From NCBI GenBank assembly GCA_964016885.1, contig OZ024741.1, positions 26,102,001 through 26,166,000 on the forward strand: a stretch of DNA of 64,000 nt. The letters are read 5' to 3'. Below are positions 25,976 to 39,399 of this stretch, in pieces. The number at the start of each line of letters is the position of its first letter. Position 1 is the stretch's first letter. Below the pieces are notes generated by a model that made no database searches, had not been told where the DNA came from, and saw only the letters and a list, made by a program, of their open reading frames with translations. The translations under genes were made by a program, and so were the position numbers. This stretch comes from Eledone cirrhosa. Its lineage: Eukaryota.

Positions 25976-26594
25976 ATATATATATGTATGTATGTATATG
26001 TATATAAATATATATATGTGTATATATATATATGTGTATATGCATATATATATATATGTATATATGTATATACACACACACACATATACCCACCACTTGT
26101 CTACTAACCTACCCAAGATAAAAAACCTCAACATTGAAAATTTTGCTATTTTTTGGTTCATATATGTCTATTTTTATTTTTTACTTGAAAAACTATAAAA
26201 CAACAACAACAATAAAAAGGAGAACAGTATATTATGGGTTTGTGGGTTCAATCTTTGATGATATCTTCGATTATTTATCAGCTGGCTTTTAATGATAAAG
26301 GTTGAAGAAGAAATTTAATAGAAAGATTTCCCATATGCTTTGCATCATTTTTATGTATGTCTTAACATTTATCATTATGTATTAATGTTGTTATTATGTA
26401 ATGTCTTCTCATCTGTTACTTTTGTGACAAATAAAACAAAGAAATTATTACAATTACTCTGTTTTTATTATAGTGTGATAAATGGTAACTAAGGTGCATT
26501 GTGGTGTTCGTGGCAGATCTCTAAATGATAATCATCCTATGTTTTATATACATATAACCCATGCTAGCGTGGAAAAATGGATGTTAAATGGTGA

Positions 26595-26631
<37 letters not shown>

Positions 26632-26679
26632 CACACAACATATTATATATATACACAATATATTATATATACACACACA

Positions 26680-26780
26680 CCAAGGTTAACTTTGCCTTTC
26701 GTCCTTACGGGGTCGATAAAATAAAGTACCAGTAATGCACTGGGGTAATTGCTGGCCTTGTGCCCAAAGTAGAAACAATT
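26680..26780 (+). mobile_element. 5'-truncated SINE
   Basis: aggttaactttgcctttc...gtagaaacaatt. Confidence 0.8.
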
Positions 26781-26887
26781 ATATATACACACACAGATAG
26801 AGAGAGAAATATGTACTCCGGCTGTCTCAAAAGTAACTATTTCAGTGTACTTATTGCTATTTGAAATACACTTTTGTGACACACACA

Positions 26888-29800
26888 CATCATCATCATC
26901 ATCGTTTAACATCCGTGCTCCATGCTTGCATGGGTTTGGACGGGAGTTTTCCCACTTGAGGCAAGAGTGGTTGTCTTGCTCGCATAGGACTGTCTGGCGG
27001 GTTTTCTACAGTTGGATGCCCTTCCTAACACCAACCACATTTACAGTGTGGGTCTGGGAGGTTTTTACCGTGTTGCCTACACGGCCACATTACAGCGTGG
27101 ACTGTGTGTTTTTTTTTTCGTGACACCTACACGATCTCATTTGTTTCGGCCTGGATTTTGTGGCACCAACATAACTTTACATTGAAAGGGGCGGTGTGGA
27201 TGGGGTGGGGTGGGTGGGGTGTATTTTGTTAGAGATGCCTACTGACTGTAGTAGGTTTTACTTTGTATTTAGGTAACGCGGGTCTTCTCTGTTACTGAGT
27301 ACCGCCAAAGGTCTCGGTCCAGTGACATTGTCTTGGAGAGGTGTAAGTGTGTGAGGTCGGAATTTATCAGCTCGTCCCAGGTTTTTCTGGGTCTGCCTAC
27401 TCCGTGGCTACCATCTATCTTTATTGCCCTGCACTTTGTTATACAGCTGTCGTCTTTCCTGCGCATCACGTGACCATACCAACGTAGCCTTCTCTCGAGT
27501 AAACAACATCTGATCCCTCTTATTTCTAATTTTTTCCTTAGTTTGTTTATGCTTTGCCGTTGCGTATATTACTATTACACATCCGGCGGAGCATGCAAGC
27601 TTCGTTCCTCTCTAGTCTGCGTATATCCTCTGCACACAATGCCCAGGTCTCACTGCCATGCAACATTGCTGTTCGTATGCAGGCATCATACAACCTGCCT
27701 TTCACTTTTAGGGAGAACCCTTTAGCGGCTAATAGTGGTATAAGCTCTCTGAACTTTTTCCATCCAGTTCTGACTCTAGCTCCTGTACTTTCGGAGCACC
27801 TTCCCCCACTGCTGATTTTGTCACCCAGGTAACGGAAGCCGTCCACTATTTCTATAAAACCCTCTGCGCAGTTGAAAGAGCTAGTATTTTGTGGGCACTT
27901 GCTGCTACTTATTGCACCAGAGCACCGGCCACATGTAAAATCTGTGTTCTTAGTTAGCTTACCTGTGATCCCACTACATCTTTTATGCACCCATACTTTG
28001 CATTTGGGACATAAAATGGAGTTTCTACCTACGCCTTTCCTACACACTGAGCATGGCCATTTCCCGGAAGGGACCGGCGCCTTATTTTCTTTCCTACAAA
28101 CTAGAACTTTTGTCTTAACCATGTTAATTTTAAGGCCTTTTGATTCTAGGCCGTGCTTCCATGTTTGGAATTTCTTCTCTAGCTCGGCCATTGATTCAGC
28201 TATGAGCGTTAGGTCATCTGCGTATAGGAGTTCCCATGGGCAGCCGGTCTTGAACTCCTCTGTTATAGCCTGAAGAGCAATAATGAATAGTAGGGGGCTA
28301 AGAACAGAGCCCTGATGGACACCAACTTTTACACTAAACTCTTCACTATATTCGTTGTTAATTCTAACCTTGCTCACTGTTTCTTTATACATGGCTTGTA
28401 TAGCTCTCACAAGCCATTCGTCAACACCTAGTTTTCTAAGAGCCCACCAGATAATGGAACGGGGGACTCTGTCGAAGGCTTTCTCCAAGTCGACAAAGGC
28501 TAAGTATAGGGGTTTACTTTTAGCTAGGTACTTCTCCTGTAGTTGTCGTACAATGAAAAGAGTGTCTGTGGTACTTTTGCCTGGCACAAACCAGAACTGC
28601 ATTTCATCTAGATCGATTCTCTCTCTGATTAGTTGCACTATTACTTTTTCCGTGACCTTCATGACCTGGTCGATTAATTTAATCCCTCTATAGTTACTCC
28701 TATCTAGGGCGTCTCCTTTACCCTTGTAACAGTTAATGATGATGCTGCTACGCCAGTCCTTCGGAACAACCCCATTCTGTATGACTTGGTTTACTATCCG
28801 GGTGACCATGGTGTGTCCCACCGTTCCAGAGGCCTTCAGCATCTCAGCGACTATTTCCGAAGGCCCAGCCGCCTTACCCGTCTTCATATCTTTGATCGCC
28901 TTACTTATTATACTACCTTCAACTAACACTGCTGGTCCCTCTATTGGATCGATCTGGGGGAGACTATCCTTCTCCCATTTATTCTCCTCATTTAGTAGCC
29001 TCTCGTAGTGACACTTCCAAGCGACCTTCTTATCAGCGTCAGTGATGGCGAGTGCGCCATCATCATTTAGTACACACTTCTCCCCAACAATATCACGGTT
29101 TTCCTTGACACATTGCCTAGCAATCCTGAACACCTCACGTTTTTGGTCCTCGCGTTGTAGAACATGCTTGAACTTTCTTTCCTCTGCTTCCCTTCTTGCA
29201 AAGTACACTTGTCTCCTAGCTTCCCTCCTGGCCACTTGATAGTCTTCTCTACTTCCCCCATCCCGCCATATTTTCCAAGCCTGCTTTTTGGCCTTAATCG
29301 ACTCCTCCACCTTACTGTTCCACCACCATGTTACTCTCCTCCTGCCTATAGGCCTGCTCCGGCCACAGACTTCGTCTGCCGCCATCAGCAGGTTTGCTTT
29401 CAGGAATTCCCACTGTCCCTCTATATTGTCCGACTCTAAATGCTCTTCCTTACTGTCGAAAGCGTCAAGTAATATGCTTTGAAATTTATTTCTGGCTGTG
29501 GGGTCCTTTAGCTTCCATATTTTTCTCCTGAGGATAGTTCTCTTCTGCTGTCGAGTACGTCTCGTCCTGACTATGAGGTCGCTAATTATCAGTCTATGTT
29601 GGGAGGTGCATTCTTCATGGGGGAGGGATTTAGTGTTTACAACAGTCACTCTGTCACGTCTTCTGGTAAGGATATAATCTACCTGGCTGGTATGTTCCCC
29701 TGATCTGTAGGTGATCAAGTGATTGTCTCGTTTTTTGAAGTTAGTGTTACAGATTGTTAGGATTATTGCGTCACAGAATTCCAGGATTCTGGAGCCTTCC

Positions 29801-30590
29801 TCATTTCTAGTACCAAACCCATAGCCTCCATGGATTTCATCATAGCCGTCACAATGTCGCCAGCAATAATTATATAGTCACTGTCGGTTATTTGGGAGGT
29901 AGTGAGCATCAGTGTCTCGTAGAAAGTGTCTTTTATAGCGCCAGGCAGTCCGGATTGGGGCGCGTACGCAAATATTATCGTCACAGTAGTTCTATTTAGA
30001 ACAAGTCTTATTTTAATTATTCTGTCGTTTACTCTATTTACATCTATTATCTTATCCACCCATTTTTCTGCTAACATGATTCCTACCCCACCCAGCCCAT
30101 TGTCATTTCCCACCCAGAAAAGCTTATAGCATCGTTTTTTACCCACAATGAATCTAGCAGACCCGCCCCTCCACCTGGTCTCTTGGATGCAGTAGACATC
30201 AACCTCCTTACGTTCAAGCATTTCTACAACCTCGTTTGAGCGGCCTTTTAAGGTCCCTACATTCATGGTACCAACTCTGAAGTTTTGGATTGCGTTTGGT
30301 GGGTGGGGTGCAGGGAGGGGTGTGGTTGATGGGGTTGGGGTTATGTTGGCTATCCGCGGCCGCAACAAAGAGGGTGGGGCTTTGCCCTTTCGTCCGGCAG
30401 CATGAGGTGAATTTGTCGTTATCTTTTGCATTGTCTTCGGGTGTCCAGATTCTTCTGACTCTCCAGAAATTCCCTAGTTCATCCATCATATCGAAAAAGC
30501 AACCAGAAGTGCTAGCATAGGTCGTTTACTTGTGATTGGTCCAAATAATAAGGTGGAGAGTGGGGGAGGGAGGGGTATGGGGTAGTTTGC
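26888..30590 (-). mobile_element. Near full-length RTE-clade LINE, same subfamily as 20470-24258, opposite orientation
   Basis: ORFs 29763-30431, 27547-29718 and 27269-27469; small deletion in APE near 29855 and a frameshift near 27565; (GAT)n tail at 26888. Confidence 0.95.
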
Positions 30591-31257
30591 GAGGAGCAGA
30601 ATTATTTTTAGAACAACGGTGAGACAGAACAGAATTATAGAAAGCCAATTTTGAATACGATTTTTTGATTCTGGGGGATTGTAAGATATATAGATGAATG
30701 AACCGAATGTGGAGAGTTGAGAAGAAATGGATATGTACATTACATTTCGTAGAAGAAAACTGAACAAGCTACCATCAATAATAGGAGACAAATTCTGGGT
30801 TTAGTCCCCTGTAGCATGGCTTATTTATATTTGGTTGGCAAGGAGTGAGGGGGAGTGTGAGACCAGCGTATATGATAGAGAGGGTGAGGGGGTGAGAGGC
30901 GATTTCAGCAGGGCAAGAGAGAGAGAGGGCAATCCCTAATTTAACCTGGCATAATTTCTTTTTTCGGCCAAAATGGTTGCAGGAATATTATTTAGAATTG
31001 TAGAAAGACAAACAATTATGAACATGATTTTTTGATTCTGGGGGATTGTAAGATATATAGATGCGAGGAGCAGAATTATTTTTAGAACAACGGTGAGACA
31101 GAACAGAATTATAGAAAGCCAATTTTGAATACGATTTTTTGATTCTGGGGGATTGTAAGATATATAGATGAATGAACCGAATGTGGAGAGTTGAGAAGAA
31201 ATGGATATGTACGTTACATTTCGTAGAAGAAAACTGAACAAGCTACCATCAATAATA
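30585..31257. repeat. ~195-bp direct duplication upstream of the RTE copy
   Basis: gcgaggagcagaattatttttagaac...ctaccatcaataata at ~30589-30783 and ~31063-31257; extra partial unit at ~31026-31062. Confidence 0.85.
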
Positions 31258-31437
31258 CATGTATATATATATATATATTATCATCATTCATCATCATCGT
31301 CGTCGTTTAACATCAATTTTCCACACTAAAACTAAAAAGCCCAGCTGAGGGTACAAATAAATTGCTAGGCAGTCGCTGGTAGTCCCTCCCCCCTCCCACT
31401 GCAAGGGGCTCGGGACAATTGTCTCATTTGCCCCATT

Positions 31438-32527
31438 AATATAATATAATGAAATTATTGTGTAAAGTGCTCAGGTGCACTACAACTCATCAAAGGTGCA
31501 TGTATAGTACATAGAATAATACACAAATGTCAGGGAAGTGAATAGTGTGAGTCATGATATACATGCGTGTATATGTATGGAGGGGGAACATTAGGTGTAG
31601 TGTTGGCGAATCTCGAGAAGCATGGAGGCCTTAAAGGATGCAGTGTCTCGACAGCTAACAACTGATGCAGGTAGTTTGTTCCATGCTTCAGCAACTCTGA
31701 GCGTGAAAAAATGTTTCCGAAAGTCATGGGAACTGTACTGTTTTCTGACTTTGTGGGCATGCCCACGCGTGTTAGACACATGGAAATCAAAAAGGTACTC
31801 AGGGTTGTTGTTGGCAAGAAGGTTAACAATTTTGTGGGTGTTTACCAAGTCAGTTGCCAGGCGTCGGAGCTTCAATGTATCCATGCCCAGGGAAGCAAGG
31901 CGCTCAGTGTATGGTAGATGCCTGATGGAGGGTATTCGCTTGGTTGCACATCTCTGAACAGTTTCCAGGCGGTCAATGTTCTGAGCAAGATAGGGGTTCC
32001 AGACTGGTGATGCAAATTCTAAGTGTGGCCGCACCATAGCCATGTACAACCTTAAATAGATAGCTGGAGAGTGGCTGACAAAGGTCTTGCTGAGTGATGC
32101 TAAAACACCCTCGGCCCTCTTGACAATTTTAGAGACACGCTTCGTCCAACGCAAATCGCTGCTGATCACAATGCGCAGGTCACGTTCACAAGAAGACTTC
32201 CTGATATTAGTGCTGTGGAGGGAGTATGTGGACACTGGGTTTTTACTCCCAAAATGCATGGTGGTGCACTTGTCCACAGCTAGCTTGAGTTGCCAGTCTG
32301 AGATCCATTGTTGCATTGTGTTCAGGTCAGACTGCAAGCAAGATCTATAGTGTTCAGGATCTGTCCTTTTTATCTCAAGGTACAGCTTGATGTCATCTGC
32401 GTACTTTAGTACTGTGGAATTCTTTAAGTTGGCATCTATGTCATTAATATATGCCACAAACAAAAGGGGGCCAAGAACAGATCCCTGTGGTACACCAGAT
32501 GACATCTCATATGGTGAGGAATGCTGT
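31438..32527 (-). mobile_element. 5'-truncated CR1-group LINE with open RT C-terminal ORF
   Basis: ORF 31591-32505: GVPQGSVLGP, YADD, VRPHLEFASPVWNP; (ATT)n tail. Confidence 0.93.
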
Positions 32528-33515
32528 TTTGTAGTAGTCTAGACATTAACTTGGACATTTTTTCATCATACCTTTTTAAAACCAAATGCAATTTTAAATA
32601 TATAGGTATCAAAGTGTTAAAGCATAAAACTTGGAAAACTTGACAAGCTAAATGATATGTAGCAGTATATACATAAAGTTTGGTGACTGAATTGTGTAGT
32701 TTGAGTAGTTTAGTTCACAAGCAACCAACAGACATCCTTAATACTTAAGAACTAGTAGACCAATGCCATCAATAATGACTCTTTTATAGCTTCCCTTCTT
32801 TCTTATTTTCTTTTTCCTTTTCTTAACCATAATCTGCCTCTCACTTGTCCTTCAATATTTAAAATATTTGAAATTTTTGTTTTTCTTTCCCCTTTTTTAA
32901 TTAATTTATTTTTATTACTTGTCTCACTAGCTGTTTTTAATTACCAACTGTAAGGAGTACTCAATACTACCTAGTCTGCCATGGCTTACTAGCTCTATAC
33001 GGACGTTTAAATTGATTAAATAAATAAATAGCATTGAATGTATTTCATTTCTGGAGTCCAGGATTGGTATGCTATATATAGCTAGATTACTGGATATATG
33101 AACAATCATACAAACTGAAGAATTTAAGTTTTGATAAGTGATTGTTTACATAAGAGAAGCCTTATAGTTTGTTTATTACTGATACACAGAAGTGATTGAA
33201 AATGAGAATGTTTTAATAACTTATTTCTAGGATATAATTGCAGAAATGTTCAGCATATATGTACAACATATACTAAGTATTGAGTACTCTGGTGCATTAT
33301 GGTCCATCTGGTTCCTTACCACATTTCCTTTGTTATATATATATATAAGCTGGGTGAAGTAGTGGCAAGAAATCCCAGTGGAAGGAAGATGCAGCAGAGG
33401 AAGACCACGAAAAACGTGGGCGGAGGTGTTGAGAGCTGACTTCAGATCGCTGAAGTTCACAGAGGTGATGACGAAGGGCGTAAAATGATGATGATGATAC
33501 TGTACACACACACAC

Positions 33516-33547
<32 letters not shown>

Positions 33548-34255
33548 ATAAATGACATACACGATAAAATGTGTGAGTAGCTTTGAAGAAATAACTATTT
33601 ACATGGATCACAACCCAGAAAGTTGTGATTGTAGCTGCATGACTGATATAGGAAATGTATTGAGAGTATGAGGAATATGTTGCTAAGGACATATCTGATG
33701 TGGATCGGGGGAGATGTCAGTGTACAACAAACTATGGAAAACATTGGGATGAAAGTAAAGAGTTTTTTTAAGCCTACATGTACTTACTTAACAGCCTCCT
33801 CCCCACGAACCGTGTTTCTGTATTATAGTTGTTTGTGCTTTCCTTCTGTAAGCATTGTATTATTATATTTCTTTTTATACAACTGAATAAACCCTTTAAT
33901 ATATATATATATATATATAAACAAGTATATAGTCATACTTATTTAACACATGATGGTAGCCTTATACAGTCCCCGTTTCAGAAATCGATCCGGTTCACTG
34001 ATTCACCTATACATACATATATATATATATATATGCAGAAGTTATATTTAATTTGTTGGGATTCAACAAGCTTAAAAATGTTTATAACTGATATAAAGCA
34101 CTCAACAGTTTAATGGAGTAAATATTTAATATATTAATAAATGGAAACTATATTTATAAAACCATATTTTATTATATATATTTCAAGGGTCACCAAGGCA
34201 GAACCGTTAAGGTATATTATCCTTGGTTATGTCAAAATTTATAAAACACACTTCG

Positions 34256-34317
34256 TATTTTATCTGATGATAGCGTACCAACATTTTTGGTACCCTTGAA
34301 ATATATATAATAGAATA
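34256..34317 (+). ncRNA. Type I hammerhead ribozyme motif (family B)
   Basis: tattttat-CTGATGA-tagcgtaccaacatttttggtaccctt-GAAA-tatata-TA-atagaata. Confidence 0.7.
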
Positions 34318-34453
34318 AATATGGTTTTATAAATATAGTTTCCATTTATTTAATATTATTGTATATTATACTCCAGAAAATGTGTTGAGTGCTCCGAATC
34401 AGTTATAAACATTTATATTTGTTGAATTACTAACAAATTGAATATCCCTTCTG

Positions 34454-34484
<31 letters not shown>

Positions 34485-34560
34485 TACTATCCAGGAAGCT
34501 CCAACCGTTAAGGTTGTCTTTTTTCCGGGTATGTCAATATTTATTTATAAAACAAATCTG

Positions 34561-34626
34561 TATTTTATCTGATGAAAGCGCACCATAATTTGCCTTGGTT
34601 GCCCTTGAAATATGTATAATAAAATA
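34561..34626 (+). ncRNA. Type I hammerhead ribozyme motif (family B)
   Basis: tattttat-CTGATGA-aagcgcacca...tggttgccctt-GAAA-tatgta-TA-ataaaata. Confidence 0.72.
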
Positions 34627-35250
34627 AATATGGTTTTATAAATATAGTTTCCATTTATTAATATATTGTATATATATGTATACAGAGAAAGAGAATATAT
34701 GTCGTCTGAGAAACAGTATTTTGTTTCTCAATCGATATATTATTCTCTCTCTCTACATATAACTTTTAATTATATATATATGCCTGTAACTGAATATATG
34801 CCTGTATTCGACTACATTCGGATGTATGTATTAATTCAACTACACATTTCTGTTGTTATATTTTTATTGTAGAAATAGAGTTTTCACGACAGAGATGACT
34901 TCATGTAGAACAGAATTCAAATTTCATCAGCTTCACCATAAAATATTAAATAACATTATTGTAACGAATATTTATCAATCAGCAGAATTAAATGTTTATA
35001 TAATTAAACATAATAATGAGTCACAGTTTGGTACATGATAAAATAGAATGTACACTTTACATTACTCCTTGTCCGAGAACAAATCAGAAGTAACTCACCC
35101 AAAATTTTAAAGAAACCAACAACGTAAAATAAAGAACCTTGCACAGATGTTACATATATTGGAATTATCAGATTTGGAATTATTGAAATACTGTATTGGA
35201 GAAATTATGTCAGTTTTGTTCGTCCCCGCCCCCCTTTTTTTTTCTTTTCT

Positions 35251-35922
35251 TCATACAGGTAGAGTTTTCTCAGCTGTCTTTGAAGCTGCTGCATAAAACA
35301 GTTTTGAGAAAAATTTCAATCCAGTCTGTCCACCTGGGATGTGACTTATGATGAACCACACCAAGGTAATGATTTGTCCTGTGGCAAAGACAACCGTCAA
35401 CAGGGTATATTTTAGCCAGATGGCGAAGTAGAGAGTTCCGAATAATGTTGTGAAATACATAGATGTAAATGGGAGCCGACCCGCGGAAAATAAGTGACGG
35501 AGGTGATTTACAGGTCCCCAGAGGAGCGAGAAACTCATTAAGAAGAAAATACTCCCTAACGTAAAGAGAAGGGAAAATTTCCTGGCCCTCAACACGATCA
35601 AAGGAATGTAGAGGAATGAGAGGGAGAAGAAAAGGGTACCCATGAGAAGAAACGTGACAAAACCAAGAATCCGCTGTTTTTTGGTGAGTGATGGAAGCAA
35701 GGGGTCCGTCTGTGCTTTGGTAAACCAACTGTTGGCATCGGCCGGCTCACCATTACGATCTGCAGGAGCTGACCGACTAAATAAGTAATTGAATCCATTT
35801 TTAAGGGCGCTCGATTCACTTGTGTTTATATTTTCTTCGTTCTTATCAAAAGATGAACTCATCATAATACTGCTAGAAGATCTAGACAGATATTCTTTCA
35901 AATCTTTGCCGAGGTCTGCCAT
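35251..35922 (-). CDS. SFT2D3: Vesicle transport protein SFT2C-like (Got1/Sft2 family), single coding exon, 223 aa
   Basis: MADL start; PSLTKKQRILGF, ARKFSLLFTLGS, WGPVNHLRHLFS..RLPFT, IPGGQTGLKFFS motifs; four hydrophobic segments; C-terminal TLPV. Confidence 0.9.
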   Translation of the reverse strand: MADLGKDLKEYLSRSSSSIMMSSSFDKNEENINTSESSALKNGFNYLFSRSAPADRNGEPADANSWFTKAQTDPLLPSLTKKQRILGFVTFLLMGTLFFSLSFLYIPLIVLRARKFSLLFTLGSIFFLMSFSLLWGPVNHLRHLFSAGRLPFTSMYFTTLFGTLYFAIWLKYTLLTVVFATGQIITLVWFIISHIPGGQTGLKFFSKLFYAAASKTAEKTLPV

Positions 35923-36974
35923 GTTGTCAAATATTCAAGGGAGACAACCAACAATTTTCAGACAACGGTGTTCCGTCCGCTTGTAATATTAAATCCGACA
36001 ATAAAAGTTGTTGTTTAGCCTTGGGTCGGCTTTAATCCTGCAAATCTTATTATCAAAAGCGTTCTAGTAGTGACCAGTCTGTCAGTTTTCTTTTTGTATC
36101 AGAAATTCTCTTTAACACAGTAAGGTGTTCAGGCACTCGCATAGAGTCTCCCATGTTAGCTCACGTACAAGTGCTATTCAAATTGCGTTACACTTCTAAA
36201 AAATCCATATAGCTAATAAAACTATTTTTACAATGTAGATATGGTATAGTTTTAAATATCATAAACCATAAAAGACTGCTTCAAATAAAAAAAAGCAATG
36301 TAGCAAACTACTACTCTTCTCAAAAACACATCATTTCACTTCACCCTCCCTAAAGCTTAAATAAGGAGATCACTACTGGAGTCCTAGAGATCGCTCTTGG
36401 TCTCACAATCACTAAGGACCCCTCCATGGACAATACACATTCTCAACATAGCTAGGAATGCATCCCAACGATGGATCTGTCTTCGGCAAGAAAATATTTC
36501 AACCCCAGCAATTAATAACCCTTTACAAAGCTCAAACTTACACTGTGGTATAGCTGTCACGTCTAGGACAGTGCTGCTGTTGCTCACACTAGCATCTTAG
36601 ATTTTATACAGAAAATCGCCACTTGGTTAATCAGTTTGAAGTCAATTTCTGATCTACCCTAGCTTCTTCCTCTTCTACTGTGTCATGCTTTCTATTACAT
36701 TAAGTTCTTTGTGCATAGAATCCCTTAGAACTCCCTCCCTGCTCATGTCTCACTAAAAGGAGTAGATCGTCAACAGTTTAAACAATCTCTCTGGTTTTGA
36801 AAGACATGTGAAGGCCATAAGCACTACACCTTCCTCTAGATCTATAAAGTGAAAAAAAATACATATGACACTAAAGCTAGAAGTTTGACACTAAAGCTAG
36901 GACAGTGCCCCAGCATGGCCTCAGCCGGATAGCTGTAACAGGTAAAAGAGTATAAGAGAATAAACAAATCACCA

Positions 36975-37300
36975 TCATCATTATCATCATTTAACATCCA
37001 TTTTTCCACACTAGCATGGGTTAGACGAGTTGTCCAGTTGCGAGCCAAGATAGAACAGATGACTGTGTCCGGCTCACACTGGACTAATTTTGGTTTAGTT
37101 TCTATGTCTGGATGCCCTTCCTAACACCAACCGCCTTTACAGTGTGTACTAGGTGCCTTTTATCGTCACACCTACACGCCCACTTTACCATGTGAGCTGG
37201 GGACTTTTTGTCATGACACCTACACGACCACTTTACAGTGTGGGCTAGGAGCTTTTTGTCATGACACCTACACGACCACTTTACAGTGTGGACAGGTATG
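36975..37300 (-). mobile_element. RTE 3' UTR-derived short element with internal tandem units
   Basis: catcat tail, ttccacactagcatggg, ggatgcccttcctaacacc, repeated gacacctacacgaccactttacagtgtgg. Confidence 0.75.
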
Positions 37301-38564
37301 GGGATTAGTTATACTAATAAATAAAATAATTAGTAACAACAATAATACCAGTAATTATTTACTTAACACTTATCTGATTTAACTTGTTCCTGCAGTAAAA
37401 AGAAAAATACAAACAACATTAGTCATAACATAATGTTGTATTTTGTCCCCAATTTTCAGAATAGAGAACTTGTAAATATAGGGTTGCAGTGTTGTTTGGT
37501 TTTCTATTAACCTTCCAATCATAACGAAAGGCGAAAAGAGATGAAATATTGCCATAAACCAAGCGATCCAATAACAATACCATTGGCTTTGTGTAGTCTG
37601 AACTCTAACATGTAAAAGACATAATAGTTAATGTTAGTCTGCAAGGATAAACACATATCTAAACCAACAATAATTCCAATTTATGGTTAAGTAAATACCT
37701 GACAAACTATACTTTGTCACTCTACTTAGTTGTCTGTTTATTTGTCTAATTATCTATTTTTATATGTCTGCCTTTCACCATTTCAATTGTATAATCCATC
37801 TTTATATGTGAATCCTTCTATCTGTGTATAATTCTATCTTTCTATTAGTCTATTTAACTTTCTATATAAGTAGAAATTTGTATATTTATCCTCTCCATAT
37901 CCCCCCCCTCTCTCTATATATATATTGAGAGAGGGGAGAGGATAAATATACAAATTTCTACTTATATAGAAAGTTAAATAGACGAATAGAAAGATAGAAT
38001 TATATATATATATATATATATATATCCACCCCCTCTCTCTCTCTCCATAACTCTGACGACTGTATTGCATGTAATTACCTGTCTTTCTTGTGGCCAATGT
38101 TGAGAGACACTCTGTATAGAGCTATCATTCCTATCTATAGTCACCATAGATATATATTGCTACCATTCAATGTATAGCTCTAAACCAGTTTGACACTTGG
38201 GACTGTGAACAGAATTGTAAATGATTCTTTTTAAATTGGGGCTAACATCAGGGTGGAGATCTTACAGAAAATAACACTCCTTAGAACTGCCAGGATACTC
38301 AGAAAAGTGCTTGACAATTGAAGGGGCCACCTCAGTCCTCTGGTTGTGTACAGCTAGCACCAGAATTACATCACACACCAATAAATGTTGCGTGACAAGC
38401 AGATAACATAAACCCCAGGAGAAAGTAACAAAGAGTTCCTAGGTCATTAGTTATGACTTCTTGGTTTACTAATGCGGCAGGAGTTCCAAGGTCATTAGTT
38501 ATGGCCTCTTGGTTTACTAAGGTGGCAGATAAAAACAACAGCCTGAGAAAGAAGAAATAACAAT

Positions 38565-38727
38565 AATAATTGTTTCTACTTTTGGCACAAGGCCAGCAAT
38601 TACCCAGTGTATTACTGGTACTTTATTTTATTGACCCCATAAGGATGAAAGGCAAAGTTAACCTCGGTGGGATTTTAACTCAGAATGGCAAGGGCCGTAA
38701 CTATATGCATCAAAGCATGGCGTCCGA
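38565..38727 (-). mobile_element. SINE lacking its 5' head
   Basis: Reverse-complement SINE body ending at aaagcatggcgtccga. Confidence 0.8.
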
Positions 38728-39399
38728 AATAACAATAATAATGATTTCTTTTATTCGCCACAAGGGCCCAAGACATTGGAGAAAATGGAAAGACAAAAAC
38801 TACACAGAGTGGAGTTTACATTGTGTAAAGGAAAGGGGAGAACAATGAAGGAAAAATAGTGTGATTGAATTGATCAACAAGATCCAGATCTCACCCACTA
38901 TCTACTGGTCGCAACTCTTGTTCAAGGACATAATGCATCACCGGGTCTGGGAATCAAACTCACAAACTCACAATTGTGAATCCAATTCTCTAACAATTAA
39001 GTCATGTACCTTCTCTAATAGTAACTCTAATCTTGCTAAACAAAAGGTTGGGAGGGCCCTCAGTTTTGTCAAAGGCATGACAACCTCTCCTGAGCACTTG
39101 ATGGAATGTGAGACCATACATAAGTGCAGAGGTCCCATTCTTGCCTGGGAGATCAGTGGCTCTGCTTCAGTATGGACTTGGTTTATATAGACCTGTCCAA
39201 CCATAGTTAGCAGGGAAAGCAGACATTAAAACAGCATTGATGATGATGAAAACAATATTAAACTAATAACAAAACCAATAATAGTTCCCCAATAGTGGGG
39301 TGACTATGCTTTAGGGTACTTCCAGGATAATTCCACATAAAACCCTAGATAACCCTGTCACTACACAAGAATTAAACATGTCCTGATTTCTTTTCCCTT

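Larger units (their letters stand above)
34035..34665. mobile_element. Non-coding hammerhead-bearing element (family B): inverted partial arm plus two tandem copies in (TA)n
   Basis: ~34035-34200 is an inverted copy of ~34281-34455; aaccgttaagg...tatgtcaa...HHR...atggttttataaatatagtttccatttatt occurs at ~34202-34360 and ~34503-34665. Confidence 0.75.

Noticed and set aside
35270-35728. 152-aa alternative-frame ORF within SFT2D3
   Set aside because: Shadow frame with no recognisable features.
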